Assembly (NCBI GenBank): GCA_903813345.2
Contig: CAIIXF020000001.1
Span: 36,270,001-36,334,000, forward strand
Length of the DNA stretch: 64,000 nt
Direction of reading: 5' to 3'
From: Owenia fusiformis
Lineage: Eukaryota
A program made the position numbers and the translations under genes. Positions 37,972 through 50,023 of this stretch are shown in pieces (within the stretch, counting starts at the first letter, position 1; each line of letters opens with the position of its first letter). The notes beneath the pieces are model-generated. The model searched no databases, had not been told where the DNA came from, and saw only the letters and a program-made list of their open reading frames with translations.

Positions 37972-38130
37972 CAGTACAACCTGTCTGATCTGAACACCTC
38001 TGGGATTGGCCAAAAGTGTTTGAATTAGCAAGTGTTCACATTTCAAGAATTTAAAATATGTGAGACAATGGGAGATGAGGAATTCAAGACTGAGAAAACG
38101 TGTTTACACTGAGAGGTGTTTGGATTAGAG
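37972..38130 (+). mobile_element. Degenerate pogo/Tigger-like MITE
   Basis: TA|CAGTACAACCTG..GAACACCTCTGG..AAAAGTGTT; same layout as the 28749 family, right end not resolved. Confidence 0.45.
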
Positions 38131-38785
38131 ATATATAGAATCCAATGTGAAACATGAGAATATATCTAAAAGGAAGATAAGAACTCTTGTGTTAATTATA
38201 AAAAAACCACCGCCTCCATTTACCACATATCTACATATAATGCAGAAAAATAGTTTTTGTCAATAAAGTGTTTGACATTAGTCATCCCATTTAATCATGA
38301 ATAGCCAATCAAAGTACATTTGAATTAATTCCCCTAGTTGTTTTTTCCAGGATATAACCCAATATGAACTCCACGCAAGAACATCATCTTTCAAATATGT
38401 TTTTGTGTATTTGCAGCAAAAATCACATTAGGACAATCAATAATGACATAGCTGCGAATAAAGTGGCCGTTTATAAGAACGATGAAATCCCTCCTAATCA
38501 CATTTTTATTTAAAATTTGCCCAAGTGTTAAAACGGGAAAGTAGTTAAGTAGGACATTGACATCAGTGCTTGAATTAAAGGGTACAAATGTGCAGTGTTT
38601 CAGCTGAATTTAAAGGAGCACAGAAGACTGGAAGATATCTTACTCTATTTCTGACATTCATATCTTGAATTGTAGGTGTTTGCTGATTGGACCGAAATGT
38701 ACCAAGAAGAATATATTAAGTAATAAGTTAATCTGAAAACATAGGATAAAATTCTATGCTAAGGGCTGATGTGAAAAAGTCACTC

Positions 38786-38857
38786 CAACCTGGTGGGAAT
38801 CGAACCCACAAACGCCCGATTACATGTCAGGTGCTTTACCACTTGAGCTACGGAGCC
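38786..38857 (-). pseudogene. tRNA-like sequence (Thr-TGT-like anticodon); pseudogene or repeat-borne
   Basis: GGCTCCGTAGCTCAAGTGGTAAAGCACCTGACATGTAATCGGGCGTTTGTGGGTTCGATTCCCACCAGGTTG: A and B boxes intact, anticodon stem CCTGA/TCGGG, T-stem GTGGG/CCCAC, acceptor stem poorly paired; T5 run downstream. Confidence 0.8.
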
Positions 38858-40563
38858 GACTGATTCTCTCACATCAACATTGCATATATGGCATCACAAC
38901 CATGACTTACATGCCCAGTCTACTGGACCCATTATGAAGTTTACCTGTCTTTCCAGGTTGTCAATCACACTATTCATGATGTCACATGTTAATGGAGTGA
39001 GAATGAATCCAGAAGCTATCATGAATCCATTAGTATGCTTTTACTTAAAATGAATATATTGACTCAAAATATAACAATGCAAATCCATGCCCCATTGGGA
39101 CTGTAGCTTCTATTCGCAGATAATCACATAACATCATATCTTGATGAGGTTTACTATGTAGATTAACCTCAACCCACATTTGAAATTATCAGGATCGTAT
39201 CAGTGTCAACTACCTATATGTTAGATTTTTGAGCCAATTTGTGTTTCAACACAGAGCTACAGTCCAAACTCATTAACCCATCCAGGGGAAAATGCATCTG
39301 CCAGTATGCAAACTATCTACTATCTGAGGGGGAAGAGAGAGAAAAAACTGTTTAAAAAGCTTCTCACTCTTAAGACCAGGGAATACACTATTGATGGTCC
39401 CCTTAAAGTTCAAGGGTACTTATATTAATTATATGATTGAAAGAATGAGAATATGTCATTGTCAAAATTCAAGCAGGTTTAACAAAAGTAATAGCGCTGC
39501 TCTTATCTGAGTCTGAAAATGATTTTTAGTGACAGAAATATCCATCATTCTTGACATCCAAAGGGTAAATGGCCTGCATGGAAAAGTTATTTGACATGTT
39601 AGGTGAGATAAAATCAAAAAATGAGCACTTTTCTTGCCAATTTATTTCTGAGGAAGGGGCAGAATGGGTTCCTAGATAAATAAGTTAATCAATTAGGTTA
39701 CTGCTTATCAGGTTAAAAATTGTTACGGACAAAAGAATTCTTCATATTTGTATGCTCAGAGACATACACTGTAACGTGTTTCTTTATATTTATGTGTTTC
39801 CGGTATCCCATAATCAGATAATATAAAATCTATGATAGTGTTCTGGAAAGTATTATTAGTCACAAATCCTTTTAAAATCCTTTTAAGAAAACATTGAAGA
39901 GCAAGACGAAGAAGCTTGGCCTATTTAACACAACTGATGAGCGACCTTGAAAAAGAAATTGGAAGAAGCTGTTCAGGTTAACAGATTAATTGTGTCAGAG
40001 ATTGTTTAATAGATCAGGAGCGTTCTAGATCTTATGGCATGTGTTTATAGAGATGCTGCTTACAAGATCTTCAAGTACAGTTGGGAAACTTACTTTTTCA
40101 CTTTTGCACATGCCCGTAGCCAGGGGGGTGGGCCAAAAATCATGCAGTTTTATCACCGTTCTGACGATTTTCATGTGATTTTGGGCCAAAGACAAATTGA
40201 ATCCACCTGGCAAAATCTGTTTGCATGTACCTGTATCTCATATTTAAGGGTTTATTAGGTATAAACTAATAGAACAAAACAGTATGCATGACATATTTAT
40301 GGTTGGCTCATCTTGTGATTACTTGACTCTTGTGAACTCATCTCTTGTACATCTTTCTTGTAGACACCTTTCTGAACACCTTTCTCTAGTGAGTGTTCTG
40401 CTTATTTGAAACTGGCTTATTCTACTGTAATTGACTAGAATAATTTAAATCAAAGGTAGGTTGGTTATACTTTAAGATGTTTAATTTTCTTACTCTGTTC
40501 ATTTTGTAATTTTTTTTAGTGTTTTCCCTTTGTCACTTGTGCATAAAAATGCCAACAAAGATA

Positions 40564-40694
40564 CAGAAGAAACTGTATAAGTGGAACACCTTTGGTTCCT
40601 CTAAAAAGTGTTCCACTTGGGAGGCATTCCACTTTCAGAGGGACTTTGAAAAATGTTCCACTTATGGAAGTGTTCTAGTTTACAAGTTTTACTG
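40564..40694 (+). mobile_element. pogo/Tigger-like MITE
   Basis: TA|CAGAAGAAACTG ... AAGTTTTACTG|TA; GGAACACCTTTGG..CCTCTAAAAAGTGTTCCACTT shared with 28749. Confidence 0.75.
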
Positions 40695-42404
40695 TACTTA
40701 GTTGAAATATATTCTGACAATTAATCTTTGATGGAATGTGATATTTTGTGGAATAACTAATGAAGATATCAACACTATCAAGAAGCAAATAGATATAACA
40801 AATGAAAATATGACCATTGACATAAAGCACTGCAAAACAATATTGGTAATTCAAAACATGAACTAATTGGAAACAAAGATGAGGATAAGACAGGATATAA
40901 TCTTTTTCTATGCCCTAGATAAGATATTAGATTAGCTTTCAAAATGTGTTATTTGACACAATAAGGTGCTATCTTCCAAAAGAAGGTGTTATTTAAAAGG
41001 AATAAAAGGATAAAGGAGAATTTTATGATTCTAATATCCTAATTGGTAGGATGGCTTATAATGGAGTATGTGAAAGTTAGGTTAGAAAGAGGAACAAAAC
41101 ATCAGACAAAGTAGTGTAAGGACAATCATATGCAAAATAAATAAATGTTATATTGGTACAGTATTGGGAAAGATAGTATGGGGAAATTAAAAATATTAAA
41201 ATATTAATGAAATATTCGATAAAACATTTAGTTAAAATACTCAGGTATTTTTAATTATCAGTGTGACCTCTTTTCATTTTCAAACCATGATTGAGAAGTA
41301 ATAACCGTCAGTGAAACCCTGCACGTTTTCACCCACTGATTTCTACTTGTCTGACAGCAATTAGTGAACAGCTACATCTGTCCTTAGTCAACCATGCCCA
41401 CTCATCATCATCCAAAGTGAAACGGCAGATAAGAGGGGCTCTGGCATACCAGAATGATGCCCACTCACTATTCTCTAAGGTGTCAACAATGAAGAACAGA
41501 CCCATTACATTACATTAAGATAGAATGAAGAAATTAGTTTCTACACATCTTACTCATAAACTTTCCTGAACTTCTGCAATTGACATTGCCGTATTTCTAA
41601 ATGAATGCACTTCAAATGAAGCATTCACCATATTAGCACTTGTAGTTCCTGTCTTTGGCAGCCAAGCCAATATAACTCTGGTTTTACTCTCTGCACTTGT
41701 TCTATTGTAAATCAATGCTAAAGTTGCTGCAAAATGTCAAGACTGGCTTGTTCTAAGCAGTATATGCTATAGGGATTGCTGATTGATGTAAGACTTGATT
41801 ATGTCTGGTTTGTTTGATGATGTTTTCATTGCCAGTTTGGATATCCATCAGTCTGGTTTTAGATTCCCAATTTAAGCAACAGCTTTAGTTGCTCGGCTAT
41901 CTGATTGATAGATTGTTATATTGTAAACATATAAATATAGTTCTTATTATATTAAAATGAAACCTGTTTTGCAACTAGCCATGATTCTAGAAAAAATGAA
42001 CACCTTCATGTGAACACCTTTTACATGAGAACTATTGATTTCATTCCTAAAGAATACCCCTCTCCCATAATGAACATCTTTCACATTGGAACACCTCCCT
42101 GATCCTAAAAAACACCTCTTACACATGAATATATCTGTATTTCTAAAGGACTCCTCTCACCTGTCAATGACCCCCTGTTTATGTTGTATTATTTATATAT
42201 TAATATGTAAAAGATCTAGTTACTCACAAGGTAGTAATTAATTATCTTTTGGTTCCCCTGAAGATGACATGTATTTGTCATATTGGACTATTAAATTTCA
42301 TTATAAAAGCAATATGTAATACATACTTTTCTGTACTTGTTGTAATTGGGGTCGTTGACTCTTTCCCTTAGAAAACATTGGATACAGAATATCTTCTTGT
42401 CTTA

Positions 42405-43320
42405 TAGTGTGTGCCAAAACTCCAGAAAATCACAAAAACCTATGTTGTGGTAGCTTACTATGAAGTGACCCATTATCATTATAGATTGGTCCATCAACTA
42501 TTCATTTTTACTTGTCTGCACTCAAAAAGGTGACACGAATGGGCTAAACGGCTTGCCACAAGGTGCAACCATCAAAAAGATGAGTTTGGAAAAAATTATT
42601 TTTTTCAAATAATAGCAATGAGTATACAATATAGTAGACGAATTTGATATTGATAAGTATGATAGTCCATTTGCGTGTGGCCATTTTTATAAAAAACAAT
42701 AATTGTGAAGAATTATATATTTCTGACCTGAAAATGCCATCTTGATTCAAAAGTCATGGTTGTTAATGATAATATTCCTATTTCACCTATTCAATGTTTT
42801 CAAAATATTTTAATTACCATTATATTCATTTTTGGCAAAGTAAATAAATATAGGGCTCACACAAGGATCAACTTTATTTGCAATCTTTTCATATTAAGTG
42901 ATGTTTTGAAAAAATATAATATTAATCACAATTTTATTTGTTAAATGTTTAACAAAATAAACATAGTGTGTTTATTTCATTCTTTTGACTGAAAATCGCA
43001 ATTCATGGCTCTTCCTCTTAGAACGGCAGGGGATATGCAAGTACAAAAACAGTCTTAAAAAAAGTTGATCCTTGTGTAAGCCCTACACTTATTTACTTTG
43101 CCAGAAACTGATATAATAGTTATTCGGCGGTATGAAAATCATTTCAAAGGTAAAATAGGAAGAATGTCATTGAACTTGGAATAAAAAGCATTATATGGTT
43201 AGAAATACCCAATTTTTACCATAATTGTTTTTAATAATACAACCATACCCTAATGGACTATCTTTACATTTCAATAACCAATGTGCATTCTATTTTGCAT
43301 GTTTTACTGCAATTATTTGA
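42405..43320 (+). mobile_element. Palindromic (foldback) repeat, copy 1
   Basis: Internal inverted pair GGGCTCACACAAGGATCAACTTT (42853) / AAAGTTGATCCTTGTGTAAGCCC (to 43082) with mirrored flanks; the unit is an inverted homologue of 46420..47215. Confidence 0.8.
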
Positions 43321-43624
43321 AATTGGGAAACACATCGGCTTACGGATCCAATAGTATAGTTTCCATATAGCTTTTGAAATCTCACTAAATCTCGTTTTTC
43401 GTGAGATTTTAAGAGACTTGCATATTAGACCTCTAATGACTTACATTACTTTCTTTTAAATGGTATATTTGAATTCAGTGGAATGTTTTCTCCTAAAATA
43501 GCTTTGATTTACACAGTTATGTAATTTGAATAATTTTCTATGACAATTTAAAAAAAGTTGGGCCAAATGTCCATAGATGCAATGCTAAAATTCTTTAAAA
43601 CCGTGGATTATTTGTATGTCAATC

Positions 43625-43955
43625 GCCGGGTTGGCCTAGTGGTTAAGGCCTTGGTCTGAAAAGCAGGAAGTCTGGCTTCAAGCTGAAAAGTAGAGGTCTT
43701 GGGTTCAAACCCAGGTCACAGCACTTCTTGTGATTTGTCTTTGACCTATGACTGCTGACCTATACCGGCGATTACTAGAGTGCTGCTAACTCGATAAAAG
43801 GCTGGCGCTGGCTAGAATTGTCTATGGTTCTAGCCAGGATAAAGATACCAGTTCTTCAACTCGACAATGGGAAGAACTGCTCTACCTAAGTGACTAATAT
43901 GTCAGGATATGACATCTAAAAGAGTCGATAAAAGATATATATAAAATATATATAA
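43625..43955 (+). mobile_element. tRNA-derived SINE
   Basis: A box TGGCCTAGTGG (43632-43642), B box GGTTCAAACCC (43702-43712), unique body with hairpins, AT-rich tail. Confidence 0.75.
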
Positions 43956-45224
43956 TCAACATTAGCATGTTTAATCACAACATGTTCATAAACAGGGTCA
44001 TCATGTGGTATATCATTCAAGTTTTATACAGATTCAACAAACACACTTTGATGAATCATGAAATTAAGCCACTTTTCCAAGATTTTAGCATGTAAGTGAA
44101 TGGAGCTCTAGCCAGATTCAAAAGCTGAATAAAAGATGGCAGCACGAGATTTCATTGATTTTTCTGCTATTTAGAAACTATCCTATTCAGAACTACTAGA
44201 GAAAGTAACTCTCGTGAAAAACTTCGTCAACGTGACAGTTGATTACTGATTGCAGTCATTAAACTAATGACCTCATATTTGGATATCCTCTCTTCTGATA
44301 TGATTTTACAATTTACTTCAAATTGGCAAAGTACCAGATACAGTGTGGCAAGTAATATCTGACGGTCATATATTTTACCATGACTACTTTCTCAATATAA
44401 ATATGACATTTCTCAAAACACAATATGGTATCTTTCAAGAAAATTCAATTCTCAATGATAATAAAAAATATCATTCGAACAATCTAAAAAACTATGAATA
44501 GGGAACTCATCTCAATATTTTTTGAACCTATTTACTCAACAGAGGTTCGTCTTTTTTATTTGGATTGCATTTTAGTATTATTCAACAAGTGGTCTAAAAC
44601 CTTTTCATTAGTAGAATTGTAATGAAAGTCTAGTTTTGGCGATATCAATTTTCAATGACCAAAATTATGCTGAAAACAATGGATAGTTTGAGTTTTTCCA
44701 ATGGAAAATATCATGGAATTTGTGGTTTTTAACTTTATCACATTTCAATACCCGTCCCCTTTTCAGATTTTGTTAATTCATTAGCGTAGAAGAACTTTTG
44801 ATATATTCAAATTAAGAAAAAATACTTTAGAAAATAAGCCTAATATTTTTCAAAAAGTGACAAGGTGGGGATGTTATCAATAATATTTCAGATATATTTC
44901 ATATATTTATATTTTCAATTTCAATTTATTTATACATTCAAGCATTATGTTTACAATTATTATTCATAACAGGTGGCACCACAGGTGATGCTTATACCCG
45001 TACATTGAGAAGTAAAATATGTAGTGTATCATTAAGTTGTCAAGGAACCAGTATGAAATCATAAAAAAATAAATTGAAAAATAAAGGTTTAGGGGGATTC
45101 ATGATGTTTTTTTCTTTTCAAGTGAAGAAGTTGGATGATATCATTTTTATCACGGGGACTTTACATAAGAAAAATCATATTGTTTTCACAAAAAACACAT
45201 TCAGTCCCAAATCGCCAAATACTA

Positions 45225-45905
45225 AAATTAGATATTGAGCAATGACCTTGAAATGATCTTGATCCATAAACACTGACATGGATCTCTGGTCACTTTATCA
45301 TTGGTCATTAAATAAGACTGTAGCCCCACAGTAGCCAACTACCTAGATATTGACCTTTGACCTTGAAATGACCTTGACATCAGGTCACCTAATCATTGGT
45401 TGCCAAAGGTCTCAGTTGTTCTCAATTGCCTTTAAACTCCGAATTGCTAGATATTGACCTTGGAAGTCACCCTATCATGAGTCGCTAGGGGCCACAGCAG
45501 ATCCCAGGGCCTTAATACACCAAATACTTAGATACTGATATTTGGCCTTGGAATAACCTTGACCTCAGGTCACACATTCATGATTCACAAAGGGTAACCT
45601 CAGCCCAAAAACGCCAAATACTTAGATATTGATGACCTTGAAATGATCTTGACCTATAGACCTTGACCTTGACAACAGGTCACCTAATAATCGTTTGTCA
45701 AAGGTCAGAATTATTCTCAATTGCCTTAAAACATCAAATTGCTAGATATTGACCTTGAAATTACCTACACCCATTCAGTTGATCTTTACCTCAGGTCACA
45801 TAATCATTGGTGGTGAAGGGTCACACCATCGGCAAAATGTCTTAAAATGCCAACTACCCTAGATATTGATATTTTAAACTTGAAATGACCCTGACTTTTG
45901 ACCTA
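45225..45905. repeat. Diverged tandem array (about 7 units of 80-120 bp) rich in TGACCT/AGGTCA
   Basis: TAGATA(T/C)TGA recurs at 45229, 45344, 45448, 45529, 45623, 45743 and 45860, each followed by GACCTTG motifs. Confidence 0.85.
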
Positions 45906-46419
45906 TTTTGAATACATGTTTTATGAACAAAACATACGAAGTTGAAAACTGATCTATTTGAAATGAAATTGCTGCTAATGTTTCAAAACTAAGGTATCTG
46001 TATTGCAAAAGTAATATTTAAATTGAATAAACCAAAAGAGATAGACTTAAATTATTTAATTTTCCATCAGATTTAGAAAAAATATAACTCTTAAGTAAAT
46101 GTTGCAATGAATGCTCACACATATCTTGTTGTATATCAATCTAGTGTAACTGATACAGGTATCACTCTGACACGTATCTGTGAAGTGAACAAATCAAACT
46201 TCTTTGATGTTGATGTAATGCAAATTGGTATCTTTTAATATGATGTCCGTAAGATAAACCATCAATACTCATCACTGTCACACCCATTACTTCAAGATGA
46301 TGTCTCTTAGATAACTGTCTGCAAGCTATAAACTGAAAAGAATCAACTTCACTATATGCTGCATCACTATAAATATAGAGGGTTGTCCTGGAAGTAATGC
46401 GCTATATGCTCGTAATACT

Positions 46420-47215
46420 TTTTTATTCAAAATCAAAAGTCAATGATACTATTCCTATTTTACCTATTAAATGATTTTTATATATCCGAATAACCATTTT
46501 ATAGGTTTTTGGCAAAGCAAATAATTGTAGGCCTCACACAAGGATCAACTTTTTGAAGACTTTTTCGTACTGGTGTAGACTCTCCTGCTTGCAAAGCAAG
46601 GGCGGTGAATTGAGATTTTTCAGTCGAAACAAGAAAACAAACATATAACTATTTTTTCTTCAACAAATAAAATATAAAATTGAGTTTACCTTCGTATTTT
46701 TTCAAAACATCACTTAAAATGAAAATGCTGTGAACAAAGTTGATCCTTGTGTGAGCCCCATAATTATTTTTTTGTCAAAAACTAATGAAATGGTTATTGG
46801 TATATTTAAAAGACATTGACTATATAAAATAGGAATAATATCCTTGATAACAGTAACTTTTTAATTGAAAATGCATTTTTAGGTCATAAATATCCAATTT
46901 TTTACCATAATTGTTTTTCATAAAATTACCACACCCGGATGGACTATCATTACACATCAATATTAAATTTGAATCCTATTTTGTATACTTACAAGTATTA
47001 TTTAAAAAAATGTATATTTTTCAAACTCATCTTTTGGACGGTCGCACCTTGGTGAAAGCCGTTTAGCCCTTTCGTGTCACTATTTTGAATGCAGACAAGT
47101 AAAAATGAATAGATAATAGAGCAATCTAAAATGACTATGGGTCAATTCATAGTAAGCTACCACAACATAGGTTTAGTCTAACTAAGCCACTTAGAAAGCA
47201 ATTTGGCACACACTT
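46420..47215 (-). mobile_element. Palindromic (foldback) repeat, copy 2, inverted relative to copy 1
   Basis: Reverse complement of 46530-47175 aligns with 42437-43082 (e.g. AAACCTATGTTGTGGTAGCTTACTATGAA, GGGCTAAACGGCTT, GGGCTCACACAAGGATCAACTTT). Confidence 0.8.
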
Positions 47216-47342
47216 ATTACTTTATGTCTAAAATACTTCAAAATATATTGCATAGTTGGATTTTATGATTTATTTATTTTCATGATGCAATTCTTATTCT
47301 CATGGATTTATAAAGTTGTTAATTTCAGGAAAATACATAGGG

Positions 47343-47829
47343 GTTATGCACTGGGAGGTTTTGGATACAGGGAATATCCCGAGGGATATACAATATATCT
47401 TCCCGAGGGATCGAAGGGACCGAGGGAAGATGTTTTGTATATCCCAAGGGATATTCCATGTATCCAAACCGACCGTGCATAACTGGTGTATCTCATACTT
47501 GAGTGGGTTTAGGGTAGATATAACCTTTTCCACCTTTTTCAAATGACAAGATATTTATATTGAACATTTTCGGAATATTCTTTTTGTTCAATACAATGAA
47601 ATTGTAACATTTAAACTTAAAAAATTTAAATTTTAAAATTAAAAATTAAAACTTTTGGTATTTAAACTTTTTTAAACTTTTGAAAAATTCCCGGGAGCGG
47701 GATAGATATATTATATCTGCCCGCATTTGGCCTGGAGCGGGACATATACAATATATCCTGCCCGCTCCTCAGATACGATATATATTCCCGGGTGATATCT
47801 ACCCCAAACCCACTCAAGTATGAGATACA
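47343..47829. mobile_element. Multi-hairpin repeat element without visible TSD (possibly Crypton-like, non-autonomous)
   Basis: About 140-bp hairpin at 47343-47483; 39-bp inverted pair 47487-47525 / 47791-47829 (37/39); a further hairpin near 47695-47768. Confidence 0.7.
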
Positions 47830-49030
47830 TAGTAATATACGATACATTTAAGATATATTCACTTTGATTTTGATTTTAATGGCTTCCTTATTAAATATTG
47901 GAGCTCATTTTATATTTCGTTTTGCGCAGAGTAATAGATATACTTGTAGATGTACCTAGATTATTAGTTGACCTTTCATAAATATTCTAGATGTATCAGA
48001 AATGAGAAGATTCAGTGACCTACATTTTATGCTTTTAAAGGTCACTGAATTTTTAAAGTTTGAATACATTGAATACTTAAAGAGGCAGACTATGTTTAGA
48101 ATGAATACTTGAAAATAACATGGGACTCTTAATTACAGTGGGAAGCTATCAAAATTATTGAAAATAGGGAACTTCTTTGATTGATTCTACATCTATGAAG
48201 AATATCTCCATCTACAAGTATATTACTAATCTCAAAAGCATCATGTCCAAAATGAAATGCAATCAAAATTTCAAATATGTATTTTATTTGTCAATCTGAT
48301 GTTTTTCATAATTTCAGAATAAGTCACCTTGACCTCGTGGTAACAATGTAATAATTGGGTGTTTGTATGATGAGAAGAGAAAAGAAGACCATTATCATTT
48401 CTATGGTATCGGATATTATTAAAAGGTATGTAATATTTCACACACGGCTTCTATTTTGAAATGGCAACTATCATCTCATTTAACAAGTCATGATCAAATG
48501 GGGAGCCATATAATTAATACTCCAGCCTTGAATTATGAACTCCTAGTTTAATAAAAAAGTTCATCATTTTCATGCTGTATGATATGGTCAAATCAATCTA
48601 TTTTATCTTCAAATGTATGCATAGAGGGTGCTTCCAACAGTCCTGAACATAACCTGACAATTGTATTGATGACAAAAACATACAATCAGAGTTATACACT
48701 ATACCGCCCCTTTAAAATGTGTCAAAAGTACATTGACATAGAGTCTAAAGCAGGATTCTGGGAGTGAGTGTGTGGAGACTCCTTCTCAATTCATTTACAT
48801 GGGCAAATTGGCTTATTTGCTATGTATTATTATGTCTTTGGCAAGATTATTACTATTAATGAAATGGCCAGTTGTTACCTCAGATAATCTGGAGCAATTA
48901 GAACCAATTAGATGTGGAGAATTCTAGAACTGTCTGAGAATGATGTAACTATCACTAAAAATGTTATGTACAGTATTCCTATTTAGTAAAATAAAACAAG
49001 CTGCTTATCCATTGAAGAATGGATCACTAG

Positions 49031-50023
49031 TTATCCCACCGAACGAAGTTCGAGAGGGATATAGGAAAGCCGTCCGTTCGTCCGTCCGTCCGTCCGTCTG
49101 TTTATCCGGGCGATAACTCAAATACCGTTTCACGGATTTGATTCAAATTTTATAGGCTGCTCGAGAAGGAATTTTCAATATGGCCACTGAATTCAAAATG
49201 GCCGTCATTTTTTGTAAAAAAGTAATCTTTAATAACTAAAATACTAGTTTGCGGATTTGGTTCAAATTTTATATGCTGATGCCTAGGGACACAGTAGATA
49301 TGTTCGAGTAAAAATTTTCAAGATGGCGGCTAGATTTCAAAATGGCGGCCATTTTTCGTAAAAAAACTTAATCTTTGATAACTCAAATACCAGTGAACGG
49401 ATTTGGCTCAAATTTTATATGATAATGCCTAGGGACACAATAGATCTGTTCAAGAAAGAATTTTCAAGATGGCGGCTTGATATTCAAAATGGCGGCCATT
49501 TTTGTAAAAAAATGTAATCTTTGATAACTCAAATACCAGTGAACGGATTTGGCTCAAATTTTATATGATGATGCCTAGGGACAAAGGAGATCTGTTCGAG
49601 AAAGAATTTTCAAGATGGCGGCTGAATTTCAAAATGGACGCCATTTTTCGTAAAAAACGTAATCTTTGATAACTCAAATACCAGTGAACAGATTTGGCTC
49701 ATGTTTTATATGATGATTCCTAGGGACACAGTAGATCTGTTGGAGAATTTTTTTTCAAGATGGCGGCTGAATTTCAAAATGGTAGCCATTTTTCATAAGA
49801 AAAAACGTAATCTTTGATAAGTCAAATACCAGTGAACAGATTTGGTTCAAATTTTATATGCTGATGCCTAGAAACACAGTAGCTCTGTTTGAGAAAATTT
49901 TTTTAAGATGGCGGCTGATCTTCAGAATGGCTGCCATTTTTCATTTTCATTTTCGTAATCTTTGGTAACTCAACTGCCGTTCGGTGGGCTTTGCTACTCC
50001 GTGGAGTTGCTGTTTTTCTAGTT
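49031..50023 (+). mobile_element. Complete HINE/DINE-1-like (non-autonomous Helentron) element, family A, with internal tandem array
   Basis: Subterminal IRs CCCACCGAACG (49035-49045) / CGTTCGGTGGG (49978-49988), (GTCC)n microsatellite, about 6 units of 145-148 bp, 3' hairpin GCTACTCC-GT-GGAGTTGC, T-rich ends. Confidence 0.9.

Noticed and set aside
38786..38857. Functional tRNA-Thr(TGT)
   Set aside because: The acceptor stem has three mismatches and two G-U pairs, so it is kept only as tRNA-like.
41358..41518. Possible plus-strand exon containing a KR site (…SSSKVKRQ…)
   Set aside because: Weak donor site, no homology recognised, and no start or signal-peptide exon identified.
42255..42295. 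Minimal hammerhead ribozyme (CTGAAGA plus TGACA/TGTCA stem)
   Set aside because: The required GAAA after stem II is absent and stems I/III could not be built; at most a relic. CTGATGAG near 39934 also lacks stem II.
48010..48050. 12-bp inverted repeat ATTCAGTGACCT/AGGTCACTGAAT
   Set aside because: Isolated short stem with no supporting context; not a terminator in a eukaryotic setting.
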